Below are positions 37,823-46,649 of a stretch of 64,000 nucleotides of DNA, in pieces; the first letter of the stretch is position 1; the number at the start of each line of letters is the position of its first letter. Location of the stretch: the IMG/VR virus record IMGVR_UViG_3300009108_000751, positions 124,001-188,000 of that record; one strand, given 5' to 3'. The position numbers were made by a program, and so were the translations under genes. The notes below the pieces were generated by a model. It saw only the letters and a program-made list of their open reading frames with translations. It was not told the DNA's origin and made no database searches.

Positions 37823-38779
37823 ATGAAAACGCTACCACAGTTGTTCCAGATCCAGGACCAGTTCTCAGAACTATTCCAAAAGAAGGATGACCTTTCCTTG
37901 GAGGAGAGGGAGCGGCTAACACAGGAGTTCTCTCTAGCACTCCACAGTGAGGTGTCAGCCCTGATCAGTGAGATCAACTTTAAGAACCATCATCAGGATC
38001 GTAAGCAGGTGGTGGAGAACAGCATCCTTTTCGAGGGCGTTGATGTCTTCCGATATCTCTTAGCTATCTTAAATCTCTGGGGCTTCAGTGCAGAGGATTT
38101 CTCGCAGGCTTTCGACGACAAGGAGAACTACCTCCAGGTCAAGTATGTCAAGAACGCGCAGAAGTGGCAAGGCCAACCGGTCATCCTCGTGGATGCCGAC
38201 GATGTGATTGTGGAGTTCCGGAAGGGCTACAGTGAGTATCTTAATGCTATGGAAGGCATCGATGTTGACGTCAACTCCAAAGAATATTATTTCACCAACG
38301 GCATTCCAAAGGACCGCTACAATCCTGAGCAACTATTCCAGGATTTCATCGATCAGCGACGCCTCAGAGATTTAGAGCCTATCACGCCCACAATTCAAGC
38401 AATCAACGACTTGTACGACCAGGGCTATTGGATCCAGATTCTTACAGCTAGACCTGACTGGAACAAAACATGCCAGTATGACACTTATACTTGGCTTGAA
38501 AATAGCGGCCTAAAATTCCACAAAATTGACTTTTCGCCTGAGAAGATGATTTGGGCTGCAAATAGTGAGTATTACGATTCTGAGTCGATTGTGTGCGCTA
38601 TTGATGATAGTTCCAAGCACACTATGGAATATGCTAAGCATGGGATCAAAGTGGCATCGCCAGTCACGCCTTATAACGAGGAGTTGCGAGGGGTAGAGAA
38701 CGTCATTATGTTCGAGACAAAGCAAGAACTTGCTGATATCATTAAACAGTTCTCACTCCGGCGCATATTTAGCGTATGA
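37823..38779 (+). CDS. Fusion of an all-alpha NTP-PPase (MazG-like) and a HAD 5'(3')-deoxyribonucleotidase
   Basis: N-terminal 'SEVSAL....NFK.H', 'FEGVDVFRY'; C-terminal 'LVDADDVI', 'ILTARP', 'T..WL', 'AIDDS'. Confidence 0.75.
   Translation: MKTLPQLFQIQDQFSELFQKKDDLSLEERERLTQEFSLALHSEVSALISEINFKNHHQDRKQVVENSILFEGVDVFRYLLAILNLWGFSAEDFSQAFDDKENYLQVKYVKNAQKWQGQPVILVDADDVIVEFRKGYSEYLNAMEGIDVDVNSKEYYFTNGIPKDRYNPEQLFQDFIDQRRLRDLEPITPTIQAINDLYDQGYWIQILTARPDWNKTCQYDTYTWLENSGLKFHKIDFSPEKMIWAANSEYYDSESIVCAIDDSSKHTMEYAKHGIKVASPVTPYNEELRGVENVIMFETKQELADIIKQFSLRRIFSV
38764..38773 (+). promoter_or_regulatory. Putative late promoter (catatttagc)
   Basis: ATATTTA immediately before the start of 38776. Confidence 0.55.
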
Positions 38780-39447
38780 TGCGTATTACAGTTGGACAAT
38801 TACGAACCCTTATAAAGGAAGCAATGCAGGAGCTGAATCCTGATCTTGACCCAGATTGCAAGAGCTTTGCAGTATTTGATTTCGATGAGACGCTGGCACT
38901 GACGGATTCGAAAATTTTGATAACAGATGACCAGGGAAAAAAGATCCGATCTCTTACCCCCGCGCAGTATGCTCTTTATGTTCCCGAGCCGGGAGAGAAC
39001 TTTGACTTTAGTGAATTTGAAATTGTCAAAGACGGTAAACCAACTGCTTTGATGGATGTTCTGCGAGATGTGGCTGCCTGCGGAACCACCGCCGCGGCCA
39101 TTTTAACAGCTCGAGGCCCTAAATCACAAGACCCTATTAGAGAGTTTCTTGCAGACATGGGGGTAAAATTGCAGATAATCGACACTGTAAACACCTCAGA
39201 TCCCCAAGCCAAAGCCCGGAAGATAAAAGGCTACGTTAGATCTTATAGCCCACAAGTCTTGCACTTTTTTGAGGATTCACCTAAGAATCTCGCTGCAGTA
39301 AAGAAGATGGCAGAGTCTGATCGTGAATTTGAGAACGTAGATGTGATTTTGCATAAGATGGTGGATGGCAACAAGGTAGACGTCGAGCACGTCGTGTATA
39401 AAGGATTAAGCGCAATCGCAGCTCCTGAAGATTCAAAACACATTTGA
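38776..39447 (+). CDS. HAD-family phosphatase with N-terminal 'LRTLIKE' tag
   Basis: 'VFDFDETL', 'ILTARG', 'K', 'FFEDSPKN'. Confidence 0.8.
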   Translation: MMRITVGQLRTLIKEAMQELNPDLDPDCKSFAVFDFDETLALTDSKILITDDQGKKIRSLTPAQYALYVPEPGENFDFSEFEIVKDGKPTALMDVLRDVAACGTTAAAILTARGPKSQDPIREFLADMGVKLQIIDTVNTSDPQAKARKIKGYVRSYSPQVLHFFEDSPKNLAAVKKMAESDREFENVDVILHKMVDGNKVDVEHVVYKGLSAIAAPEDSKHI

Positions 39448-39472
39448 ACAACTAGCTTACTCAACATATAAT
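39444..39472 (+). promoter_or_regulatory. sigma70-like promoter TTGAAC-N17-TATAAT
   Basis: Spacing counted; upstream of the ThyX-like gene. Confidence 0.75.
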
Positions 39473-39501
39473 AACTTATAACTTCACACAAGGAGGCAGT
39501 T

Positions 39502-40485
39502 TTGCCACAGAACCTTAGTCTTGAGCCCGTTACCCTTCCTATGCCCCTTCGCTTCGGCGAGGAACCACAGACCGAGTTTGTCAATGATCTTGACGCACTG
39601 CGTGTTGAGCTTGTCGATAGTCCAACAGCTGAGCAGATGCGTCATGTGGCATATCGCTACGTGAAGGCAACGTGGGCCGACGCGCCCGAAGATACTGATC
39701 CGATGAATGCAACTCAAAAAGAGTTGTCAGAAACTCTTGAGGACGTGATGCAGTTTCGAGCACTCCCAGCCGGAATGGAGGCTATGAGCTTTACATTCTT
39801 AATCGGCGGGATCGATCTGCAGACCGTCACTCACCTAATCCGTCACCGTGCCGGCACCTTTGCAGCACAATGCACCGGTGATCGCTGGCAGTCGCATAGC
39901 CGAGTACTGGCACCTGCTGCTGTTCAAAACAGCCCGGAAATCTATGGCCGCTGGAAGGACCACATTGAAGCAGGCAAGAAGCTTTACGCAGATATGATCG
40001 ATACTAGGCAGATCAGCATTATGGACGCACGGACCATTCTGCCCCGTGCTATCGAAACCTTCTACTACGCGCGTTTCAACCTGAAAGATCTGATCGGTTT
40101 CATCCGCCAGCGATGTGACAAGCAGATCCAGCCCGCAGCAGACAACCTGATGGCTGCCAAGATGGCTCTGGAAGTTTGCAAGGTTATTCCTGAGGCTGCA
40201 GCCTGCATCGGTACTCGGACCCTTACTGCGCCTGCCATGCACTACGTTCGCAACATGCGCACTGGCACCGGAACCAACCTCTACTGGCCTGATGCCGACA
40301 CCGATGCACACATTGAGTATCACCCCAACGACACCATCTATCAAGCTGAGCGTGATGATGTTAATGGCACCAACCCTCCGCCTGATGAGGCAGGTGAGAA
40401 TAGTAAGTTTCGGCAGCACTGGAATGCGCTTCTCGCACAGATCAGTGACATCGAGATGGAATACAAGGATAAAATGGGTCGCTAA
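39502..40485 (+). CDS. Divergent ThyX-family flavin-dependent enzyme
   Basis: 'E.MSFTF.I.G', 'THLIRHR', 'DAR.ILP', 'F...R'; canonical S-x-R-Y replaced by 'CTGDR'. Confidence 0.8.
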   Translation: MPQNLSLEPVTLPMPLRFGEEPQTEFVNDLDALRVELVDSPTAEQMRHVAYRYVKATWADAPEDTDPMNATQKELSETLEDVMQFRALPAGMEAMSFTFLIGGIDLQTVTHLIRHRAGTFAAQCTGDRWQSHSRVLAPAAVQNSPEIYGRWKDHIEAGKKLYADMIDTRQISIMDARTILPRAIETFYYARFNLKDLIGFIRQRCDKQIQPAADNLMAAKMALEVCKVIPEAAACIGTRTLTAPAMHYVRNMRTGTGTNLYWPDADTDAHIEYHPNDTIYQAERDDVNGTNPPPDEAGENSKFRQHWNALLAQISDIEMEYKDKMGR

Positions 40486-40486
40486 C

Positions 40487-40759
40487 TTGCCTTTCTCTAA
40501 TCCAAACACAGCACGAAGGCGCCGGGCCATTTACCGGTGCTTTCACTTAGGTCTCACTTACTTTTCGATTAATGAGGCTCTTAATAATCAGGACGAAAAA
40601 CCCTTGTCGATCGAAGATTATAAAGTTTGGAAATCTCTGCTTTACCCAATCTCAGCGGGAGATACCCTTATGAAGAAAGCTATTATCGAAGAGGGTAAAT
40701 CCCTGTCTTGGGTTGCGAAACAGATAAATAAGAGGCGACAAACCCAGACGCTATCATGA
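40487..40759 (+). CDS. Hypothetical protein
   Basis: 3' part of ORF 40292-40759; TTG directly after the ThyX stop, stop overlaps the next ATG. Confidence 0.5.
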   Translation: MPFSNPNTARRRRAIYRCFHLGLTYFSINEALNNQDEKPLSIEDYKVWKSLLYPISAGDTLMKKAIIEEGKSLSWVAKQINKRRQTQTLS

Positions 40760-40965
40760 AAGAGCTAGATTTGCACGGTCTCACTCACGATCGAATAAGG
40801 GATATCGTCACAAGTTGGGTTCACAGCAACCCTCCTCCTTGCAAGATTATCACAGGAAATAGTGCTGCTATGGAGAAGCTGGTTCGAGAAGCTCTTGACA
40901 AGCACTATCGCTGTGAGTATGAAAGCTATCACAATCTAGGAGCACTCATTGTCACAAGAAGATGA
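40756..40965 (+). CDS. Stand-alone Smr-domain protein
   Basis: 'LDLHGL', 'IITG', 'N.GAL.V'. Confidence 0.8.
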   Translation: MKELDLHGLTHDRIRDIVTSWVHSNPPPCKIITGNSAAMEKLVREALDKHYRCEYESYHNLGALIVTRR

Positions 40966-41173
40966 AGAAAAAGTAGTCGAATTACCCGAAGAGTTTGCGG
41001 GCCTCGACCTGTACACAAAATCAGAATATGAAGCTGGAAGAGCGCTAATCATGGGGCTTATCCATTCCCTTCAAATTGAACAATCTAAAGCTCAGCTGTA
41101 TTTTATGCTCATACCACTAGCGTTTTCAGTCGGATTACTGCTAGGTTACTACATTTCATTTATTAACCTTTGA
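40949..41173 (+). CDS. Small membrane protein
   Basis: C-terminal hydrophobic helix. Confidence 0.55.
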   Translation: MSQEDEEKVVELPEEFAGLDLYTKSEYEAGRALIMGLIHSLQIEQSKAQLYFMLIPLAFSVGLLLGYYISFINL

Positions 41174-41186
41174 GAGGATATCACAA

Positions 41187-41624
41187 ATGAAGGTTTATAT
41201 CGCATCCCCGTTCTTTAACCCCAAGCAAGTTGAGCAAGTTGAGTTTCTTAAAGAAGCCCTCACTGCAGCAGGTCATGAATACTTTAGCCCAAAGGATTTC
41301 TTTGTGCTCAAGCCTAATGCTACGCAAGAGGATCGCACACGTATCTTTGATGTGAACTGCGAGAAGATCCAGTGGGCTGACTTTGTCCTGTGCAACACGG
41401 AAGCCAAGGATCTTGGCACTATTTGGGAGGCAGGTTATGCTTACGGCATCGAAAAGCCGGTCGTCTTCTTTGCTGAGGGCTTGCCCGATGGTAAGTTTAA
41501 CGTGATGCTTAGTGAAGCCGGCAAGTCAGTCAACACCACGCGTGAGCAGATGCAAGACTACCTTAGTCGTGTTTCCGACGCAGGGGAGCTCATCTTCGAA
41601 CAATATTCAGGATTTACTCAGTAG
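41187..41624 (+). CDS. Nucleoside 2-deoxyribosyltransferase / N-glycosidase family (NDT, MilB, DNPH1-like)
   Basis: 'VYIASPFF', 'FSP', 'DLGTIWEAGYA' (catalytic Glu), 'KPVV', 'NVML'. Confidence 0.88.
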   Translation: MKVYIASPFFNPKQVEQVEFLKEALTAAGHEYFSPKDFFVLKPNATQEDRTRIFDVNCEKIQWADFVLCNTEAKDLGTIWEAGYAYGIEKPVVFFAEGLPDGKFNVMLSEAGKSVNTTREQMQDYLSRVSDAGELIFEQYSGFTQ

Positions 41625-41758
41625 TGAGAAAGACCCTACTGTTACTCTTTGCTTTTGGTTTAATGGCATCGTGTGTTCATAAGCCTAGGGTTACTATCCA
41701 AGGGTGGCGTCTAGTGCTTGATTGCGACCCCCAGGAACCTGCTTGCGAAGAGTTTTAA
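41624..41758 (+). CDS. 44-aa predicted lipoprotein (below ORF-track cutoff)
   Basis: GTG overlaps the upstream TAG; MRKTLLLLFAFGLMAS-C lipobox; translated by hand. Confidence 0.6.
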   Translation: MRKTLLLLFAFGLMASCVHKPRVTIQGWRLVLDCDPQEPACEEF

Positions 41759-41778
41759 GATTTAACAGGAGAAATAAA

Positions 41779-42336
41779 ATGAAATTCTTAAAAAATACAA
41801 TCACACACCTTGCACTAGCTTTTATGATTTTAGCTGGTGCTCCATCAACAGCAATGGCCGATGACCATGCTGTTGATATCACCGGAGACAGCGCGGACTG
41901 GAAAAAGCGTTCAGGCCTTCGGTTTGGGTATAACTACCTTAGTAACGGAGATAAACCCACTAATGGTGAAGAGGCAAAGCTTCGTAGCCCGCATATGTTT
42001 GCCATAGGCTATGAGCTTCAACAGACTATGTCAGGCGGCGACTGGTTAGACATCTTGTTTATCCAGAACGTTACCATTAGCGGCCTAGAGCAGAGTGTCA
42101 TTGCACCTTCTGCAAATGTTTTGGTGGGCTTTGAGATTAATGACACGCTTCAGCTAGCTGTAGGTGGCAACCTCTCGGTCTATGACCCATCTCCGGACGG
42201 AAACTATATCCACCTTGTAACTGCTTTGGGCTTTACAGCTGCCGCAGGAAAGCTGAGTGTTCCACTTCATCTTGTGTATGTTCCTGACGTTAACGGGTTC
42301 TGGCGGTTTGCGATCACCACCGGCGTGAACTGGTAG
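41779..42336 (+). CDS. Secreted outer-membrane beta-barrel-like protein 1
   Basis: SD aggag, signal peptide ending AMA, alternating beta-strands, C-terminal 'TTGVNW'. Confidence 0.6.
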   Translation: MKFLKNTITHLALAFMILAGAPSTAMADDHAVDITGDSADWKKRSGLRFGYNYLSNGDKPTNGEEAKLRSPHMFAIGYELQQTMSGGDWLDILFIQNVTISGLEQSVIAPSANVLVGFEINDTLQLAVGGNLSVYDPSPDGNYIHLVTALGFTAAAGKLSVPLHLVYVPDVNGFWRFAITTGVNW

Positions 42337-42346
42337 GAGAAGAACG

Positions 42347-42874
42347 ATGAGATATCTGTTAATTTTTAGTTTATTGCTACCTGCAGCTGCCCAAGCGGAT
42401 GAGCAACGGATCGGTTTCGTTGCTGGCTCTACACACGGCGTAGGCTTAGGATACAGTAGGCAGCATAAGGACGGAACGGGCTGGCAAGTCTCAGCTCTTC
42501 CGATTGTTGAGGATGACTTTGATGCCACCGTTTTTCTCGGGGGAACCTACTTCAAGACTCTAAACTCCACAAGCTGGGGTCGTGCATACTGGTCATTAGG
42601 AATGGCTGCTTTTTACAATCGGAATACTGACGAGCAGTTTGAGTGGGTTTGCGACGCTAATGATGAGAACTGTCGCGACGTAAGTCAGGGATCACGCTTG
42701 GATGAAGGCCTTATGCTTTCCTTTGGTCCGGGCGTAGGCTTGGAACGACGCTGGAAGCAGTTCGCTGTGTCTCTAGAGCTTCCCCTTGCAGTCCAGATCG
42801 GCTATGTCGAGCACAAGGTCCAGTTCTTGGGTATGCACCCAATTCCGAACTTCTCTCTAATGTATTTCTGGTAG
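42347..42874 (+). CDS. Secreted outer-membrane beta-barrel-like protein 2
   Basis: Signal peptide ending AQA, 'GLGY', 'GPGVGLE', C-terminal 'LMYFW'. Confidence 0.65.
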   Translation: MRYLLIFSLLLPAAAQADEQRIGFVAGSTHGVGLGYSRQHKDGTGWQVSALPIVEDDFDATVFLGGTYFKTLNSTSWGRAYWSLGMAAFYNRNTDEQFEWVCDANDENCRDVSQGSRLDEGLMLSFGPGVGLERRWKQFAVSLELPLAVQIGYVEHKVQFLGMHPIPNFSLMYFW

Positions 42875-42888
42875 GAGATTGCAGGTAG

Positions 42889-43215
42889 ATGCGCTTCGAG
42901 CTTATCACTGAAGAAAACCTTGACGACTATACCGACAACGGTGAGTTTCCTAACTTTGTTCATTATCCCATGAAGAAACTAAGAGAAGATTTCTATGATG
43001 TTAAGAAGAAAGATACACTCATCTTCTGGGGCGCCGAAGGTCACAATATAAAATCGAAGAATGTCACGTTAAAATCCATCGGAAAGTTTGACGGGACGCT
43101 AGAAGAAGCATTAGATGTCTTGAAATCTTCTTTGCCGCCAAGCCAGGTGATGCTTGTTCATACTGAGCACGGTGAGATATACAGAGCAATTGTTCCTCGA
43201 AGGAGAATGAGATGA
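42889..43215 (+). CDS. Hypothetical protein
   Basis: SD, stop overlaps the SDR start. Confidence 0.65.
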   Translation: MRFELITEENLDDYTDNGEFPNFVHYPMKKLREDFYDVKKKDTLIFWGAEGHNIKSKNVTLKSIGKFDGTLEEALDVLKSSLPPSQVMLVHTEHGEIYRAIVPRRRMR

Positions 43216-44180
43216 AATTTGTTATTACAGGTGAAGCCGGTTTTATCGGGCGCAACCTCCCTCTAGCATTTGAGAAGCACGGTCACACGTTTGTTTCACT
43301 ACTTAATCATTCAGCTTTTGTTTGTCTCCCTACAGGTGAGCCCTGTGTGCATCGCAACTCAGAAGATCGCTGGTTCTCTGTCCTGGAAGAGAATGATATC
43401 GACCTGGTGATCCACAATGCAGCCTTGGTAGGCACGGATGTGGTGGCACTAAACCCAAACGAAGCATCCCTAACTAACGTCTCAGGCACACACATCATCT
43501 GTCGTGCAGCAGAACGAGCTGGAGCTGCCGTCTCCTATATGGGCACCACAGTGATCTACAATACTGCGCTTTACCAGCGCATTAAGATCCATGAACGATC
43601 TGAGCATCTACCTAAGACGCTTTACGGCTCTCAAAAGCTTGCGTCAGAATACATCGTTCAGAGTGCATGCACCCGCTGGAATGTTGTTCGCCCGCTCTTC
43701 GCTTACGGCGGCGTGGGTGACATGAACTCTCTGATTGCCAAAACCCTCTACGCTTCTCGTGATGGTCGTGATAGCATCAATATGTTCCTGGATCCGATGA
43801 AGGTGAAAGATTACATGCACGTTACCGACTACTGCGATGCCGTTGCCCTATCCTGCCACCTGCAGATGTGGGGTAGCGACTACAATGTCGCAGCTGAGAA
43901 CCCTTATAACACTCGTGAGATCGTGGAGATGATGTCCGAGGTCTCGGGCCGCGACCTAGAAGAGGTGATCAAATGGCACCCGCACACCGACTACCTCGGA
44001 AACCATCGCCTTCTTTCCAAGAAGTTTAGAGATGCCACGGGATGGGAGCCGAAATACACACTCCTCCAAGGCATTCAGGAATCCTGGGAGTCAATCTTGG
44101 AAGATAGAAGCGGCTACAATCCCCTCGTGTACCTGGATGAAGCAGATAAGCGCGGATTAGATCTCACGCAGTTCTACTAG
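43212..44180 (+). CDS. Divergent NAD-dependent epimerase/dehydratase (extended SDR)
   Basis: 'ITGEAGFIG', 'HNAA', 'YGSQK', 'KDYMHV.D'. Confidence 0.88.
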   Translation: MKFVITGEAGFIGRNLPLAFEKHGHTFVSLLNHSAFVCLPTGEPCVHRNSEDRWFSVLEENDIDLVIHNAALVGTDVVALNPNEASLTNVSGTHIICRAAERAGAAVSYMGTTVIYNTALYQRIKIHERSEHLPKTLYGSQKLASEYIVQSACTRWNVVRPLFAYGGVGDMNSLIAKTLYASRDGRDSINMFLDPMKVKDYMHVTDYCDAVALSCHLQMWGSDYNVAAENPYNTREIVEMMSEVSGRDLEEVIKWHPHTDYLGNHRLLSKKFRDATGWEPKYTLLQGIQESWESILEDRSGYNPLVYLDEADKRGLDLTQFY

Positions 44181-44183
44181 GCT

Positions 44184-44212
44184 GTGTAAATCTCTTACTT
44201 ATAGAATATAAT
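44184..44212 (+). promoter_or_regulatory. sigma70-like promoter GTGTAA-N17-TATAAT
   Basis: Spacing counted; upstream of the helicase. Confidence 0.7.
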
Positions 44213-44233
44213 AGGGCGCAAGGAGAACCTCAC

Positions 44234-45859
44234 TTGTCACTTCAAGACGCCTTTCCATTTGACGAACCACGTCAGGCACAGATCGATGCCATCGCTTTCA
44301 CTATTAATACTTTCTTAAAAAGTGATAAACGCTTCTGTATCATCGAGGCAGGAACCGGCGTAGGTAAGTCTGCTATCGGTGTCACCATCGGACGAGTTCT
44401 TAACTCTAAGTACGAGCAGTTTACCGACCAGGATCCTGTCAAAGGTACATACTTTGTCACCACGCAGAAGATCTTGCAAGACCAGTACGTCAAGGATTTC
44501 GGTGGCTACGGTAAGAAGATGAAATCTATCGCTTCCTCTGCTAACTACCCATGTAGATATCATAAGGGCAATAGCTGCGGTGAGTCAAAGCAACTCCTCA
44601 GAACAGCCGAGAGATCTAGTAAGTTCTTCAAAGTTTGCACGATGAACTGCAACTACAATCAGGCGAAGGACGAGTTTATTAACTCGCCCGAGTCAGTGGT
44701 CAACTTTCCCTACCTGCTCACCGAGGCAACCTACAGCGGCAAGCTTAAACCGCGTCACTTGCTGGTGCTAGACGAGGCACACAATATCGAGTCACAGCTT
44801 AGTCGCTTCATCGAGGTGTCAGTTTCGGAGTGGTTCTCTAAAAAGACACTCAAAGCAGGTTGGACGAAGGCAGAAACTCAGTTTCAAGCACATAAGTGGA
44901 TCAGCGAAGTTTACTACACCAAAGTTTGCGACCGACTCAAGCACATCGAAAAGATGATGAGCAAATACGGCGGGCTAAAAGACAAGCTAGATGAGATGAT
45001 GGGTTTCGCCAAGCAGTTGGACATGTTGCGCTCTCATGTTGATCGGCTCCGCATGTTTCTCAAGCACTACGACAAGGAAAACTGGATCGTGGAGTTCGAG
45101 AACTACAAAGGTCGAGGCAAACGCCGCATTACCTTCAAACCTGTGGATGTGTCCAAATTTGGGCAGGATTACCTTTTTAGGCTAGGGACCAAGGTTTTAA
45201 TGATGTCGGCGACGATCCTTGACAGAGAAGCATTCTGTCAATCTCTGGGTATCTCTGCGGGTGATGTGGAGTTTCTTTCTCTGCCTTCACCCTTTCCGAC
45301 GGAAAATCGACCTATCATCGAACTACCGGTGGGGCCAATGAATGCCAAAGAGATCGACAACACCCTGCCCAAGATGGCGAAGGTCGTGGAGGAGTTATTG
45401 GAAGCACATCCCGACGAGAAAGGGATTGTCCACTGCCACACGTTCAAGATTGCCAACTACCTAAAAGACAACATCAATTCCAAGCGCCTGCTCATTCACG
45501 AGACATCAAATCGGGAGGAGATGCTGCAAAAGCACATGCAGTCAAACAAACCAACGGTTCTGCTTAGTCCGTCAATGTCAGAGGGTGTGGATCTACGTGA
45601 TGACTGCTCACGCTTCCAGATTATCTGCAAGATCCCGTATCCCTACTTGGGTGACAAGGTGGTGAAGAAGCGCATGAACAAGTGGCCCGGCTGGTATCCC
45701 CTCCAAACCGCGAAATCCATCGTCCAGGCAGTAGGGCGCAGTATCCGGTCTGTAGACGATCACGCAGTGACTTACATTTTAGATGGCCAGTGGCGTAGCT
45801 TTTACGGAAGGAACAAGAAGTTCTTTCCTGATGATTTTCAAAAATGCATTAAGAGGTGA
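44234..45859 (+). CDS. DinG/XPD-family helicase
   Basis: Q-motif 'PR..Q', 'AGTGVGKS', Cys cluster, 'DEAH', 'SAT', 'EGVD', 'QAVGRSIR...D'. Confidence 0.92.
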   Translation: MSLQDAFPFDEPRQAQIDAIAFTINTFLKSDKRFCIIEAGTGVGKSAIGVTIGRVLNSKYEQFTDQDPVKGTYFVTTQKILQDQYVKDFGGYGKKMKSIASSANYPCRYHKGNSCGESKQLLRTAERSSKFFKVCTMNCNYNQAKDEFINSPESVVNFPYLLTEATYSGKLKPRHLLVLDEAHNIESQLSRFIEVSVSEWFSKKTLKAGWTKAETQFQAHKWISEVYYTKVCDRLKHIEKMMSKYGGLKDKLDEMMGFAKQLDMLRSHVDRLRMFLKHYDKENWIVEFENYKGRGKRRITFKPVDVSKFGQDYLFRLGTKVLMMSATILDREAFCQSLGISAGDVEFLSLPSPFPTENRPIIELPVGPMNAKEIDNTLPKMAKVVEELLEAHPDEKGIVHCHTFKIANYLKDNINSKRLLIHETSNREEMLQKHMQSNKPTVLLSPSMSEGVDLRDDCSRFQIICKIPYPYLGDKVVKKRMNKWPGWYPLQTAKSIVQAVGRSIRSVDDHAVTYILDGQWRSFYGRNKKFFPDDFQKCIKR

Positions 45860-46623
45860 TCATGAGCGAAGACGAAGAAAATAAGCTTGGTAAAGTCATT
45901 GAGTTTCCTTATCATAAGCTTAGGAAAAACTCTGCACCTACCGAAGAAAAATATGTCAATGCGCTTGACCGTTTTGACCCGTCAGAGATGGAAGATGCCA
46001 CGCTGGTAGCTACTTTGCAATCTTGCCCGCTCTATGTGATCGGAGACGTGTTTGATCCTCGCTGGTGGGCTCGACGCGTCGCCTGGATGATGAGGCTTGG
46101 AATGTCAACTAATCATCCTGTTGTTGGAGACGTTTTTCCAGAGATCAAGCACTGCACTTTAATCGAATACAGTTTTCCCAAGCTCGATTTATGCTGGTTC
46201 GACCAAGATACGATGCTCTCTGCAATTAAGATTGTGACAGATAAGTCGATCAAGCAGAATGACATCGATGTTGCAGAGAGATCCTTAGATCGAAAAGGCC
46301 ACAATCCCAAGAAGTATCTACTAAGTTTCTTTGAGCCTAACCCAAAGATTAACACGTCAGATTGGGAAGTTATTCCTATGGCGGATTTCTCATATACGCT
46401 CCACGACATGGCAGATGCCTTAGGTGAAAACCTTGATATGGCTCGGAGCTTAGATGATTGCGGTTCGTGGATGCTTCTGCTGGACGAGTTTACTACACGT
46501 TACCTGTCATATTACAACAGAAACGATGCCAACAACACAGCCATGATGCGCTACTTCGCACAGCAGTTAGGCCTAGACAAGATACTGGATAAAGTGGCCA
46601 AACAGGGCACTGGATTATTTTAA
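45856..46623 (+). CDS. Hypothetical protein
   Basis: 255-aa ORF coupled to the helicase. Confidence 0.7.
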   Translation: MIMSEDEENKLGKVIEFPYHKLRKNSAPTEEKYVNALDRFDPSEMEDATLVATLQSCPLYVIGDVFDPRWWARRVAWMMRLGMSTNHPVVGDVFPEIKHCTLIEYSFPKLDLCWFDQDTMLSAIKIVTDKSIKQNDIDVAERSLDRKGHNPKKYLLSFFEPNPKINTSDWEVIPMADFSYTLHDMADALGENLDMARSLDDCGSWMLLLDEFTTRYLSYYNRNDANNTAMMRYFAQQLGLDKILDKVAKQGTGLF

Positions 46624-46625
46624 AG

Positions 46626-46635
46626 CATATTTAGA
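46626..46635 (+). promoter_or_regulatory. Putative late promoter (catatttaga)
   Basis: ATATTTA upstream of 46650. Confidence 0.65.
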
Positions 46636-46649
46636 AACAGGAGAAAATA

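Noticed and set aside
39835-40530. 231-aa minus-strand ORF, and similar ones at 37135-37815, 50222-50836 and 54013-54369
   Set aside because: Antisense shadows of well-supported plus-strand genes, without recognisable motifs or SD
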